A DNA stretch of 64,000 nt from Candidatus Fervidifonticultor sextus. GTDB taxonomy: Bacteria > Sysuimicrobiota > Sysuimicrobiia > Sysuimicrobiales > Humicultoraceae. Positions 47,128 through 56,474 of the stretch are shown here, in pieces. Every line of letters starts with the position of its first letter. Positions within the stretch are counted from its first letter, which is position 1. The notes under the pieces are model-generated. The model was not told where the DNA came from, searched no databases, and saw only the letters and a program-made list of their open reading frames with translations. The stretch lies in contig JAVKHQ010000005.1 in assembly GCA_031459875.1 (NCBI GenBank), positions 39,584 to 103,583 of the forward strand. The letters run 5' to 3'. The translations under genes were made by a program, and so were the position numbers.

Positions 47128-48042
47128 TTAGCGCGTCTTCAGGTAGCGGAGAAGCCCCAGCGCGCTCAGCCGCGTGGACATGATCGTCTCGAACCGGGCC
47201 ACGCGGTCTGGCCCGTCGAGCCGGGCGGCTTCGACCGCCATCACGTGGCGCATCCGGCGCGCGATCGCGTCTTCATCAGCGCCGTCCTCCAGGGCCACGC
47301 GGACCAGTTCCACCGCCGCGTGCAGGCGCTGCTGCAACTGCGCCAGCAGCTCCTCGACCCAGGTGTGCGCGCCGAAGTGCGTCAGCAGGAGCCGCCGCGC
47401 TCCAAGCCCCTGCAGGCGCCCGATGGTGGCATCCCACGCCGGGACGTCGAGTTCGGGGGGTGGGGTCGGGGGGCGGACGTAGCGGGATCCCGGCAGCGCC
47501 ACGCCGGCCGCGTCCCCGGTGAAGAGGTCCCCGGAGGCGCGATCGAAGTAGACGACGTGATGACGGGCGTGGCCGGGGGTATCGAAGACGGCCAGCCGAC
47601 GCGACCCCAGCAACACCTCCGCCCCCTCGCCGATGACGCGGATCCGCTCGTGGGGCACCGGGGCCACCTCGCCGAAGAGCCGCTCCAGGTCCGCGCCGTA
47701 CAGCCGCCGGGCGCTGGCCATCAGCCGCGAGGGATCCGCCAGGTGGGGCGCGCCCACCGGGTGCACGTAGACCTCCAGATGCGGGAACCGACGCACGAGG
47801 ACGCCGGTGGCGCCCGCATGGTCCAGGTGAATGTGGGTCACGGCCAGGGCCTGGAGGTCTTCGGGCTCCACCCCCGCGGCCCGCACGCTCTCCAGGAGGG
47901 TCTCCACGGTAGACGCCGGCCCGGTCTCGATCAGGGCCGGCCGGTCGCCCGTCAGCAGGTAGGCGCCGATGGCCTGCGGGGTCCCTTCGTAGTCGGTGTC
48001 AATCAGAACGAGATCGTCGGCCAGGCGTTCGATGCGCGGCAT
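47128..48042 (-). CDS. MBL-fold metallo-hydrolase.
   Basis: THIHLDHAG carries the HxHxDH motif. Confidence 0.8.
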   Translation of the reverse strand: MPRIERLADDLVLIDTDYEGTPQAIGAYLLTGDRPALIETGPASTVETLLESVRAAGVEPEDLQALAVTHIHLDHAGATGVLVRRFPHLEVYVHPVGAPHLADPSRLMASARRLYGADLERLFGEVAPVPHERIRVIGEGAEVLLGSRRLAVFDTPGHARHHVVYFDRASGDLFTGDAAGVALPGSRYVRPPTPPPELDVPAWDATIGRLQGLGARRLLLTHFGAHTWVEELLAQLQQRLHAAVELVRVALEDGADEDAIARRMRHVMAVEAARLDGPDRVARFETIMSTRLSALGLLRYLKTR

Positions 48043-48090
48043 GGGTCGTCCCCCGGTGAGCGTCCGGCATCACAATAACACAGCCGGATG

Positions 48091-48099
48091 TGGTATGCT
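48091..48099 (+). promoter_or_regulatory. Extended -10 element, TGgTATGCT, in the divergent region, driving the DUF3105 / CopC / CopD plus-strand array.
   Basis: Seen directly in the sequence. Confidence 0.4.
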
Positions 48100-48143
48100 C
48101 ACCTGCGAGATTGCCACGCGAGCCTCAGGTGAGGGGTTGCGGC

Positions 48144-48794
48144 ATGTCACCAGGCGGCAAGGCTACCCGGGAGGCGAAGCGACAGCGCCGTGAGGCGGCG
48201 CTCGCGGCCCGGCGCGAAGAGCAGCGTCGGCTCCAGGCCCGGCGGCGACGGCGGGCGCTGGCCGTCTACGGGGGCATCGCCTTGATCGTGGTGGCCGGCG
48301 TGGGGTTGCTGACGCTCTCGGCGCTCCGCCCTCAGTCCAGCATCTTGGGTGCCATCGGCGGCTTCGGGAAGCCGTCTGGCCTGGAGGGGGTCCAGGTGTT
48401 TGCGGACCAGGGCGCGGCCCACATCACCCTGGGCCAGGCGCACCCTCCGTACAACTCCAATCCGCCCACCTCGGGATGGCACACTCCCTTCACCGCCCCC
48501 TGGGGAGTGCACCGCACGTCGATCGCGGACGAGATCATCGTCCACAACCTGGAGCACGGCGGCATCTGGATTTCATACAGGGACGCATCCGACACGGCGC
48601 TGGTGGAGAGGCTGGAAGCCCTGGTGTCCCGCTACCGCTCCAAGGTGATCCTGACGCCGCGGTCCAATAACGACAGCCGGATCGCCGTGGCCGCCTGGAC
48701 GCGCCTGCTGAAACTCGACGAGTACGACGAGCGGAAGATCGTGGCCTTCATCAACGCCTTCAAGAACAAGGGACCGGAGATGGTCCCTGACTGA
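48144..48794 (+). CDS. DUF3105 domain protein with an N-terminal Arg-rich segment and a TM helix.
   Basis: TM helix LAVYGGIALIVVAGVGLLTL, then GWHTPF...HNLEHGGIWISY. Confidence 0.65.
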   Translation: MSPGGKATREAKRQRREAALAARREEQRRLQARRRRRALAVYGGIALIVVAGVGLLTLSALRPQSSILGAIGGFGKPSGLEGVQVFADQGAAHITLGQAHPPYNSNPPTSGWHTPFTAPWGVHRTSIADEIIVHNLEHGGIWISYRDASDTALVERLEALVSRYRSKVILTPRSNNDSRIAVAAWTRLLKLDEYDERKIVAFINAFKNKGPEMVPD

Positions 48795-48797
48795 GCG

Positions 48798-49277
48798 GTG
48801 GAGGACCGGCGGCTGATGGAGGCTGCACGTTGCGCCAGGGCGGCGGCCGTGGTCACGCGCCCGGTCCGAACGTCTCTGCTCCCCGTGTTCCTGGTCATCG
48901 TCCTTCTTGGTGCTTTCGATCCGGGTGCGGGGGAGCGGGGTCCTTCGCACGCACACATCGTAATCGGTGGCACCCCGGACGAGCAGGCGCGAGCCCTCGC
49001 TGCCCATTTGCGGGGCGCGCACTCGTCGGCCACCTCCCACGCCTGGCATGTGCTCTTCCGGGCCTCCGACGAGGCGACAGACCACCCCCACGTGATCTCC
49101 ATCAGCACGGGTGCGGTCGGTGCCTCCGTCCTCGGAGTCGGCGACGGGACCATGGTGGCCGCGCCCGCCAGCCGGGTGCCCCGCGCACCGCTGTCCGGCC
49201 GGGTTGTGCCCCTGCAGTCCGCGGCGCCGGCCGAAGCCGATCGGACCGTCCCTGATCCGCCTCCTCGCCTCACCTGA
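48798..49277 (+). CDS. Uncharacterized His-rich single-pass membrane protein, paralog 3 of 3 (divergent).
   Basis: TM helix LLPVFLVIVLLGAF, then PSHAHIVIGGTPDEQARALAAHLRGAH and a C-terminal PDPPPRLT. Confidence 0.45.
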   Translation: MEDRRLMEAARCARAAAVVTRPVRTSLLPVFLVIVLLGAFDPGAGERGPSHAHIVIGGTPDEQARALAAHLRGAHSSATSHAWHVLFRASDEATDHPHVISISTGAVGASVLGVGDGTMVAAPASRVPRAPLSGRVVPLQSAAPAEADRTVPDPPPRLT

Positions 49278-49378
49278 ACCGTCCGGCTACACACATGGCA
49301 CGCTGGCGGACGGGCATCGCCCCCGGAGGTCGTGGTCCCGCCTGCGGGTCGATGCCCAGATCATGGGAGGTGGGCACT

Positions 49379-49813
49379 GTGAGAAGGCAGCTCCTTGTGC
49401 TGGCCCTGTGCGTCCCCCTGACCCTGGGCGTCATCGCGCCAGCCGTTCTCGGTCACCAGACGAAGGTGGTGGGCGGCAAGTACCGGGTAATCGTGGGGTT
49501 TGTCCGGGAGCCCGCCTTCACCGATGAGCGCAACGGCCTGGACCTGATCGTGCGCCGGGTTGAAGACAATGCCCCCGTGGAGCACCTCGAACGCAGCCTC
49601 TCGGCCGAACTGATCGCCCCAGGAGGCCAGGGCAGGCGGGCGCTGCGGCTTCGGCCGCAGTTCGGCCGGCCCGGCTACTACACCGACGACTTCATCCTGA
49701 CCCGTCCGGGTGTCTACCAGATCCGCGTGTGGGGCGTCATCGCTGACGTGCGCTTCGACGAGACGTTTGAGTCCCATGAGGTCAGGCCGCTCAGTGAGTT
49801 GCGGTTTCCGTAG
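49379..49813 (+). CDS. Putative periplasmic copper-binding protein (CopC-like / YcnI-like beta-sandwich). Assignment tentative.
   Basis: Signal peptide, then GHQTKVVGGKYRV. C-terminal GVYQIRVWGVI resembles the CopC G-Y-V-W-V pattern. GTG start with a GGGAGG RBS. Confidence 0.4.
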   Translation: MRRQLLVLALCVPLTLGVIAPAVLGHQTKVVGGKYRVIVGFVREPAFTDERNGLDLIVRRVEDNAPVEHLERSLSAELIAPGGQGRRALRLRPQFGRPGYYTDDFILTRPGVYQIRVWGVIADVRFDETFESHEVRPLSELRFP

Positions 49814-49814
49814 C

Positions 49815-50273
49815 ATGCGGGGATCGTTTCCCGAGACTGTCCTGGTCGGCGCCGCCCTGGCCCTCCTGGGGGCCGGGGCGGCTGCCGCCCACGCCTACCT
49901 CAGGGCCGCGGAGCCGGCCGAGGACAGCACGGTGGCGGTCGCCCCCAGCGAGGTTCGGCTTGTGTTCAGCGAACCCATCGAGGTCCGGTTCAGTACCTTC
50001 AAGGTCTATCGGGTGCCCGCTGATCCGGGGTGGGATCGGCGTCGCCTCAACGCGGCTGCAGGCGCCCTGGTCTCGGAGGTCCTTCGGCGTCGCGGTGACG
50101 AAGCCGACCGGGCGGATGCCGGCCTGGCGACGGCCGCACGTACGACCACCACCGTGACGCTACGCCTGCGTCCCCATCTGGCTCCCGGCGCCTACGCGGT
50201 GATGTGGCGGGTGCTGTCGATCGACACGCATGTCACCCAGGGCTTCTACGTGTTTCGGATCAGACCGAACTGA
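49815..50273 (+). CDS. copC: Copper resistance protein CopC.
   Basis: Mature N-terminal His (AAAAHAYL), EVRLVFSEPIEVRFSTFKVY, and GAYAVMWRVLSIDTHVTQGFYVF. Confidence 0.85.
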   Translation: MRGSFPETVLVGAALALLGAGAAAAHAYLRAAEPAEDSTVAVAPSEVRLVFSEPIEVRFSTFKVYRVPADPGWDRRRLNAAAGALVSEVLRRRGDEADRADAGLATAARTTTTVTLRLRPHLAPGAYAVMWRVLSIDTHVTQGFYVFRIRPN

Positions 50274-50294
50274 AGGGACGCGTCACCCGATCTC

Positions 50295-51998
50295 ATGGAC
50301 GTCCTCGCCAGGACCCTTTCCTACCTCGGCGCGACCCTGTTGATTGGTGCAGGGATCTTCGCCTTCTGGATCGGCCCCGAGATGGCCCGCAGCGCGGCGC
50401 GTGGGCGGATCCGCCTCGGCGCGCTGGCGGGAGTCTGCCTGCTGCTGGTGGGGACCGCACTGGGGGTGATCCGGGGACTCCTCCAGGCGCTGGGCGAACT
50501 GGGTCCGGCCATGGTACCGGCCTACCTTCTCGGGACCCGTCACGGCAACGCGGCCGCCGCCCGGATCGTGCTCGCCGTCCTGCTCGGGGTCATGGCGCCG
50601 GGCCGCGGCGGCCGACTCAGCAGGCCCGTCTTTCTGGGGCTCGCCGCCGGCCTGCTCGCGACTTTCAGCCTGACCAGCCACGCCGCCGGCCTCGGTCGGG
50701 TCTTCCCGATCCTGGCGGACCTGGTCCACCTTTCCGGCGCCGCCGTGTGGGCCGGCGTCGTGCTCTACCTGGCATGGGCTCCAGTCTGGGTGCCCAGCCT
50801 GCCGCAGGGCGCCCCCGGAGATTCTCTGAGCCAGGCCGTGCGGCAGACCTCCGCGATCGGACTGGCCTGCGTCCTCCTGCTCGTTGCGACCGGCGCCTAC
50901 GCGGCCGCCCTGCACCTCTGGGGCCCCGTGGCGCTCTCGGCCACCCCGTACGGCCGGACCCTCGCGGGCAAACTCGCGGCCATCGCCCTGCTGCTGGCAA
51001 TCGCTGCGGTGAACCGTTGGGTGCTCACTCCTGGTCTTGGGCGGCCCGGATTCCTCGGGGCGACTGGCCGCCTGCTGAAGGTCGAGTCGCTGGTTCTGGC
51101 CGCCGTCTTGTCCCTGACTGCCCTGCTCACCACGCGCCCGCTGCCCGAGCCGCCGGCCTCCGTGGAGGGCGTCGTGACCATCAATGAGGTGGCTGGCCCC
51201 TGGCTGGTGCGGGGGAGCCTGGCTCCGGCGATTCCCGACGGGCTCACCCTTGAGTTGACGGTCCGCCGCGCTGGCGGCGCCCTCCCGGTGGGCCCGATGT
51301 CCGTGGAAGCCGTGATGACCATGCAGGGGCATCCGATGCCGCCGGTGGTCATCCGGCCGACGGCCACCGGTCCGGGAAGTTTCCGCGCCGCTGTCTCGCT
51401 GCCGATGGCTGGCGCGTGGGACCTCGCTATCGTCCTGCCGGGCGCCGTCCTCCGTGTTCCCGTCATGGCTCGCAGCGGTCCGGGGGGCGGCTCAGGGTGG
51501 GCTCCAGTGCTGCCAGGTCTCCTGCTGGCGGTCGCCGCCTCGGTCGTTGCGGGTGCCATGCTCGACCGGGCAGGCCTCCACACGCAGACAGGCCGGCTGG
51601 CCGCCCTCACAGGAGGCGCCCTGCTGGCGGTCGGCCTGACCTTCGCCGTCCGCGCCGCAGCCCCCGCCACCTCGCCGGGCGGGATCCCTGACCGGCAGAA
51701 TCCCATCGCCCCGACGGCGGAGTCGCTGGCCGCCGGAGAACGCCTCTACCGGCAGCATTGCCAGGCCTGCCACGGGCTCACCGGAGCCGGCGACGGTCCG
51801 GCCGCCGCAGCGCTCCGCCCGCCGCCGGCGGACCTGCGGGTGCACATGGCGGCGGGGCACACCGACGGCCAGCTCTTCCACTGGATCAGCGAGGGCATGC
51901 CCGGGACCGCCATGCCAGCCTTCAAGAATATCCTCTCCGAGGAGGACCGCTGGCATGTGTTGAACTTCATCAAATCGTTCGCCCTCAGCGATCGGTAA
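50295..51998 (+). CDS. CopD-family membrane protein fused to a C-terminal mono-haem cytochrome c domain.
   Basis: Multi-TM CopD region. C-terminal region LYRQHCQACHG has the CxxCH haem-binding motif; ...GMPGTAMPAF is Met-ligand-like. Confidence 0.75.
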   Translation: MDVLARTLSYLGATLLIGAGIFAFWIGPEMARSAARGRIRLGALAGVCLLLVGTALGVIRGLLQALGELGPAMVPAYLLGTRHGNAAAARIVLAVLLGVMAPGRGGRLSRPVFLGLAAGLLATFSLTSHAAGLGRVFPILADLVHLSGAAVWAGVVLYLAWAPVWVPSLPQGAPGDSLSQAVRQTSAIGLACVLLLVATGAYAAALHLWGPVALSATPYGRTLAGKLAAIALLLAIAAVNRWVLTPGLGRPGFLGATGRLLKVESLVLAAVLSLTALLTTRPLPEPPASVEGVVTINEVAGPWLVRGSLAPAIPDGLTLELTVRRAGGALPVGPMSVEAVMTMQGHPMPPVVIRPTATGPGSFRAAVSLPMAGAWDLAIVLPGAVLRVPVMARSGPGGGSGWAPVLPGLLLAVAASVVAGAMLDRAGLHTQTGRLAALTGGALLAVGLTFAVRAAAPATSPGGIPDRQNPIAPTAESLAAGERLYRQHCQACHGLTGAGDGPAAAALRPPPADLRVHMAAGHTDGQLFHWISEGMPGTAMPAFKNILSEEDRWHVLNFIKSFALSDR

Positions 51999-52003
51999 CC
52001 TGA

Positions 52004-53038
52004 ATGCGTGCTTCCCGCCGTCGCCATCTCCATCGGGCCGCCCTGCTGGCAAGTCTGCTGGCTGCCTTTTCGGGTTGCCAGCAGGCGCCGCCGGCCCACG
52101 GGCCGGCGCTCCCGCTGGTCAGGCCTGTACCGGACGCTCCGGGCAGGCTGCTCTACACGAAACTGCGGCCCGATGCCCGGAGCGCGTTTATGACCTTCGA
52201 GCCGGCCACCGGGGCGCTCGCGGAGCTGGTCGTGTTCCCGCCGGGTGTGATCGCGGGGATGCCCGCCGCCTCACCCGATGGGGCCCAGGTGGCCTACAGC
52301 GCCTACCGACCCGGAAAGGATCCGACGGATCCCGGCGGCACCGATCTCTACGTGATGGATGCCACTGGCGCGCGCCAGCACCTCGTGGCCGCGCATCCGC
52401 AGGCGGGTGCCTCGCTGACCGAGCCGGCGTGGGCGCCAGACGGTCGAACCCTGTATGTCACCCACGTCGCCCGCGACGGCGCCATGCGGATCGAACGGAT
52501 CTCGCTGAGCGATCGGCGCCGACAGACCGTCATCGTCAACGCCTCGTACCCGACCGTCGCCCCTGACGGACGTGTGGGGTTCATCCGCATGGATCCGAGC
52601 CTCCGCATCCAAGAACTCTGGGTGGCACAGGCCGACGGGCGCGGGGCCCGTCGTATCGTGGCCGGCTCGCCGTTTGCCGGGATGGCCTTCCCCAGGTTTG
52701 CACCCTCAGCCGATCTCATCGTGTTTGCGGCCATCGGTGGTCCCGTCGGCTCGCCTTCGCCCCGATCCGAGCGTCCGGTGCCTCTCTGGCAGCGTGGACG
52801 GGCTGCCTTCGCCCACGCCGTCCCCTGGGACCTCTGGATCGTCGCTAGCGACGGGACGGGCCTGAGGCAGGTGACCAACCTGAAGGAGGACTACCCCGTT
52901 CCGGTCTGGTCCGCCGACGGGCACTGGATCGCCTTCACGGGCGAGTTCGGCCTCTACCTCCTCCGCCCCGCGGAGAAGCGGGTTGTGCGGGTCCACGATG
53001 AAGGGGCTGGGAGCGGCCTGGCGTGGCTGTCGCGCTAG
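52004..53038 (+). CDS. TolB-like beta-propeller (PD40 repeats) lipoprotein.
   Basis: Lipobox LAAFSGC. Repeats ASPDGAQVAY / WAPDGRTLYV / VAPDGRVGF. Confidence 0.65.
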   Translation: MRASRRRHLHRAALLASLLAAFSGCQQAPPAHGPALPLVRPVPDAPGRLLYTKLRPDARSAFMTFEPATGALAELVVFPPGVIAGMPAASPDGAQVAYSAYRPGKDPTDPGGTDLYVMDATGARQHLVAAHPQAGASLTEPAWAPDGRTLYVTHVARDGAMRIERISLSDRRRQTVIVNASYPTVAPDGRVGFIRMDPSLRIQELWVAQADGRGARRIVAGSPFAGMAFPRFAPSADLIVFAAIGGPVGSPSPRSERPVPLWQRGRAAFAHAVPWDLWIVASDGTGLRQVTNLKEDYPVPVWSADGHWIAFTGEFGLYLLRPAEKRVVRVHDEGAGSGLAWLSR

Positions 53039-53074
53039 GCGCCACCAGGCGTCCGCCCCCGGGCCGCGCCGGCC

Positions 53075-53102
53075 TTGCGCCGCCTGGGTTGCATGCTATA
53101 AT
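53075..53102 (+). promoter_or_regulatory. Promoter: TTGCGC, 16-nt spacer, TATAAT, upstream of rplY.
   Basis: Seen directly in the sequence. Confidence 0.5.
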
Positions 53103-53155
53103 GAACGCCGTTCGGGCCCCGATCCTCGGGGCTCGACTGTTGGAGGGAACCGCAC

Positions 53156-53893
53156 ATGGAACGGGTGACACTGAAGGCTCGGCCGCGTGAGGCACTCGGT
53201 AAAGGCGCCGCGCGCAGTCTTCGGCGGCAGGGGCTCGTCCCGGCGGTCGTCTACGGCCGCGGCCGGGACCCTCAGGCGGTCGCCGTCGATGCGAAGGCGC
53301 TGTCGGAGGCCCTGCACACCCACGCCGGTATGAACGTCCTGATCGATCTGGAGGTCCCAGACGGCGACGGCGCGGAGCCGACCACGGTCGTCGTCAAGGA
53401 GACCCAGCGGGACATCTTTCGGCATCACCTGATCCATGTGGACTTCCACGCCATCTCCCTGACCGAGACCATCGAGATGCATGTGCCGGTGGTGCTGAAG
53501 GGGACCGCCAGGGGGGTGGCCGAGGGCGGGGTGCTGGAGCACCACCTGCGCGAGGTCCTGGTCAAGTGTCTGCCGACGCAGATCCCGGACCAGCTCGAAC
53601 TGGATGTCACCGAGTTGCTGGTCGGCCGGTCCCTGCACGCCAGCGATCTGGTGGTCCCGGAAGGCGTCACGCTGCTTACGCCGCCCGATGAGGTGATCGT
53701 CACCGTCGTCGCGCCGCGGGTGCACGAGGAGGCGGCGCCCGCTGCGGCGGCCCCGGCGGAGGCCGCGGCGGCGGTCGAAAGCGCGCCGGCGCCCGAAGGG
53801 GCCGGGACCACGACGGCAGCCGGGAAGCCCCGGGCCGCCGACGCGGCGGCCGCGGCCGGCAAGCCGCGGGCAGCCGAAAGCGACAGGTCCTGA
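53156..53893 (+). CDS. rplY: 50S ribosomal protein L25 / general stress protein Ctc, with an Ala/Pro/Glu-rich C-terminal tail.
   Basis: MERVTLKARPREALGKGAARSLRRQGLVPAVVYG. Confidence 0.88.
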   Translation: MERVTLKARPREALGKGAARSLRRQGLVPAVVYGRGRDPQAVAVDAKALSEALHTHAGMNVLIDLEVPDGDGAEPTTVVVKETQRDIFRHHLIHVDFHAISLTETIEMHVPVVLKGTARGVAEGGVLEHHLREVLVKCLPTQIPDQLELDVTELLVGRSLHASDLVVPEGVTLLTPPDEVIVTVVAPRVHEEAAPAAAAPAEAAAAVESAPAPEGAGTTTAAGKPRAADAAAAAGKPRAAESDRS

Positions 53894-53968
53894 TCGCGCG
53901 CCGGGGCCACCGCCCCCCTGCGCCGCGCACCGGGTGCTCGCCCGAACGCGGATGGATGTCTTTTCGCC

Positions 53969-54568
53969 ATGCGGCTTATCGTGGGGCTGGGCAACCCCGG
54001 ACGGCGCTACCGCGGCACCCGGCACAACATCGGGTGGGAGGTCCTGGACCGCCTTGCCCGCACGCACGGCATTGCGATTGACGCCGAGGACGGCTGGGCC
54101 GAGGTCGGCCGGGGCACCATCGGCGGCCGCCGGGTGCTGCTGGCCCGGCCGCAGACCTACGTGAACGTCAGCGGCACGGCCGTGGCCGACCTCACCCGGC
54201 GCCATCGGGTCGCGCCATCGGACCTGCTTGTGATCGTCGACGACCTGGATCTCCCGGTGGGGTCGGTGCGCGTGCGGGAGAAGGGCGGCCACGGCGGCCA
54301 CAACGGCCTCCGCTCCATCATCGAGGCGCTCGGCACCACGGCGTTCCCCCGCATCCGGATCGGCATCGGCAGGCCGCCGGAAGGCGTCGACCCCGCCGAC
54401 TACGTGCTCGAACGACCGTCGGCCGACGAGCGGGCGCTCCTGGACGATGCCGTGGCCCGCGCCGCAGAGGGCGCGACGCTGTGGGTCACGGACGGCGTGC
54501 AGGCCGCCATGCGTCGCTGTCACATCCGGCGGCCTCAGGACGCTGTAGGGTCACAGGCACCGCTATAA
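53969..54568 (+). CDS. pth: Peptidyl-tRNA hydrolase.
   Basis: MRLIVGLGNPGRRYRGTRHNIGW...HNG. Confidence 0.9.
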   Translation: MRLIVGLGNPGRRYRGTRHNIGWEVLDRLARTHGIAIDAEDGWAEVGRGTIGGRRVLLARPQTYVNVSGTAVADLTRRHRVAPSDLLVIVDDLDLPVGSVRVREKGGHGGHNGLRSIIEALGTTAFPRIRIGIGRPPEGVDPADYVLERPSADERALLDDAVARAAEGATLWVTDGVQAAMRRCHIRRPQDAVGSQAPL

Positions 54569-54570
54569 TG
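54565..54570 (+). promoter_or_regulatory. -10 TATAAT overlapping the pth stop, 20 nt upstream of the msrP-like ATG (GGAGG RBS between).
   Basis: Seen directly in the sequence. Confidence 0.3.
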
Positions 54571-54589
54571 GCGGGATGGAGGCATCGTC

Positions 54590-55168
<579 letters not shown>

Positions 55169-55201
55169 TCCTGGAGGCCCCCGCGTCAGGGCGCCGCGGC
55201 G

Positions 55202-56428
55202 TTGGCTGACGTCGGCCGCCGCGGCCTCTGGTCGGCGTTTGCCACCCTGCGCCACCGCAACTTCCGGCTGCTGTGGACCGGCCTGCTGGTCTCGCAGACC
55301 GGGTCGTGGATGCAGTTCATCGCGCTCGGTTACCTGGTCGACCAGCTCACGAAGGCACCGATCTATCTCGGTCTGTTGGGGATCAGCCAGGCCGTCCCGC
55401 GCCTGCTGTTTGCGCTGATCGGCGGGGCGGCCGCCGACCGCTTCGACCGGCGCCGGGTGCTGCTGGCGACCAACCTGCTCCTCATGGGCTCGGCCATCCT
55501 GCTCTGGCTGCTGGCGTACACCGATCGCATTCAGGTCTGGCACGTCCTGCTCATCGGGGCGGTCAACTCGACGACCCAATCCTTCGACAATCCGTCGCGG
55601 CAGTCGATGGTCCCCCTCCTGGTCGGCGACCGCGAGCTGATGCCGGCCCTCAGCCTGAACACCATGGCTATGAACGGCTCGGGGATCTTCGGCCCGTCCA
55701 TCGGCGGCGTGGTGATCGCCCTGGTGGGGGTCGAGGGGTGCTTCTTTGTCAACGCCCTCTCATACGTCGCGGTGGTGGCGGCCCTGCTGCGGATGGAGAT
55801 CCCGCAGCAGGCCGCCGGGGGACGCCAGTCCATCGGCGCCGACATCCGTGAGGGCCTACGGCTCCTCGGCCAGAACCGCCACCTGCTGGCGATGCTGGGC
55901 GTCGTGGGCGTGCTGAGCTTCTTCGGCCGTCCCTACATCCGACTGATGCCCGCCGTGGCGCGGGAGGTGCTCGGAGTCGGCCCCACCGGCCTGGGCGTCC
56001 TGCAGGCCGCGCCGTCGGTCGGCACGATCCTGGCCGTCTTCGTCGTCGGCATCTTCGGGGAGACGGCCGGCAGGGGCCGGCTGCTGCTGGGTGCGGCGAT
56101 GACCACGGGGCTCGTGGTGGCGCTCTTCGGCGCGTCCACCTGGTTTGGTGTCTCGGTCGGTCTGTTGGTCCTCGCGGGCATCTCGCAGGCGCTGGCCATG
56201 GCCGCAGGCAACACGATCCTGCAGACCAGCGTCCGCCCGGATCAGCGCGGACGGATGATGGGCGTCTGGAGCATGGTGAACTTCGGGATGTTCGCGCTGG
56301 GCACGCTGCCGCTGGGCGCCCTGGCCGGCGCGGTCGGGGTGGGCCCGGCGCTGACGCTGGGCGGCGTCGTGGTGGTCGTGGTGGTCGGAATCCTGGCGCT
56401 GGCCGTGCCGCGGATCGCCCGCCTGTAG
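55202..56428 (+). CDS. MFS transporter.
   Basis: Twelve-TM pattern with the GAAADRFDRRRV loop motif. Confidence 0.8.
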   Translation: MADVGRRGLWSAFATLRHRNFRLLWTGLLVSQTGSWMQFIALGYLVDQLTKAPIYLGLLGISQAVPRLLFALIGGAAADRFDRRRVLLATNLLLMGSAILLWLLAYTDRIQVWHVLLIGAVNSTTQSFDNPSRQSMVPLLVGDRELMPALSLNTMAMNGSGIFGPSIGGVVIALVGVEGCFFVNALSYVAVVAALLRMEIPQQAAGGRQSIGADIREGLRLLGQNRHLLAMLGVVGVLSFFGRPYIRLMPAVAREVLGVGPTGLGVLQAAPSVGTILAVFVVGIFGETAGRGRLLLGAAMTTGLVVALFGASTWFGVSVGLLVLAGISQALAMAAGNTILQTSVRPDQRGRMMGVWSMVNFGMFALGTLPLGALAGAVGVGPALTLGGVVVVVVVGILALAVPRIARL

Positions 56429-56474
56429 CCGACGCGGCCGCAGGACTCAGCCCGCGGATCGCCCGGCGGCCCCC

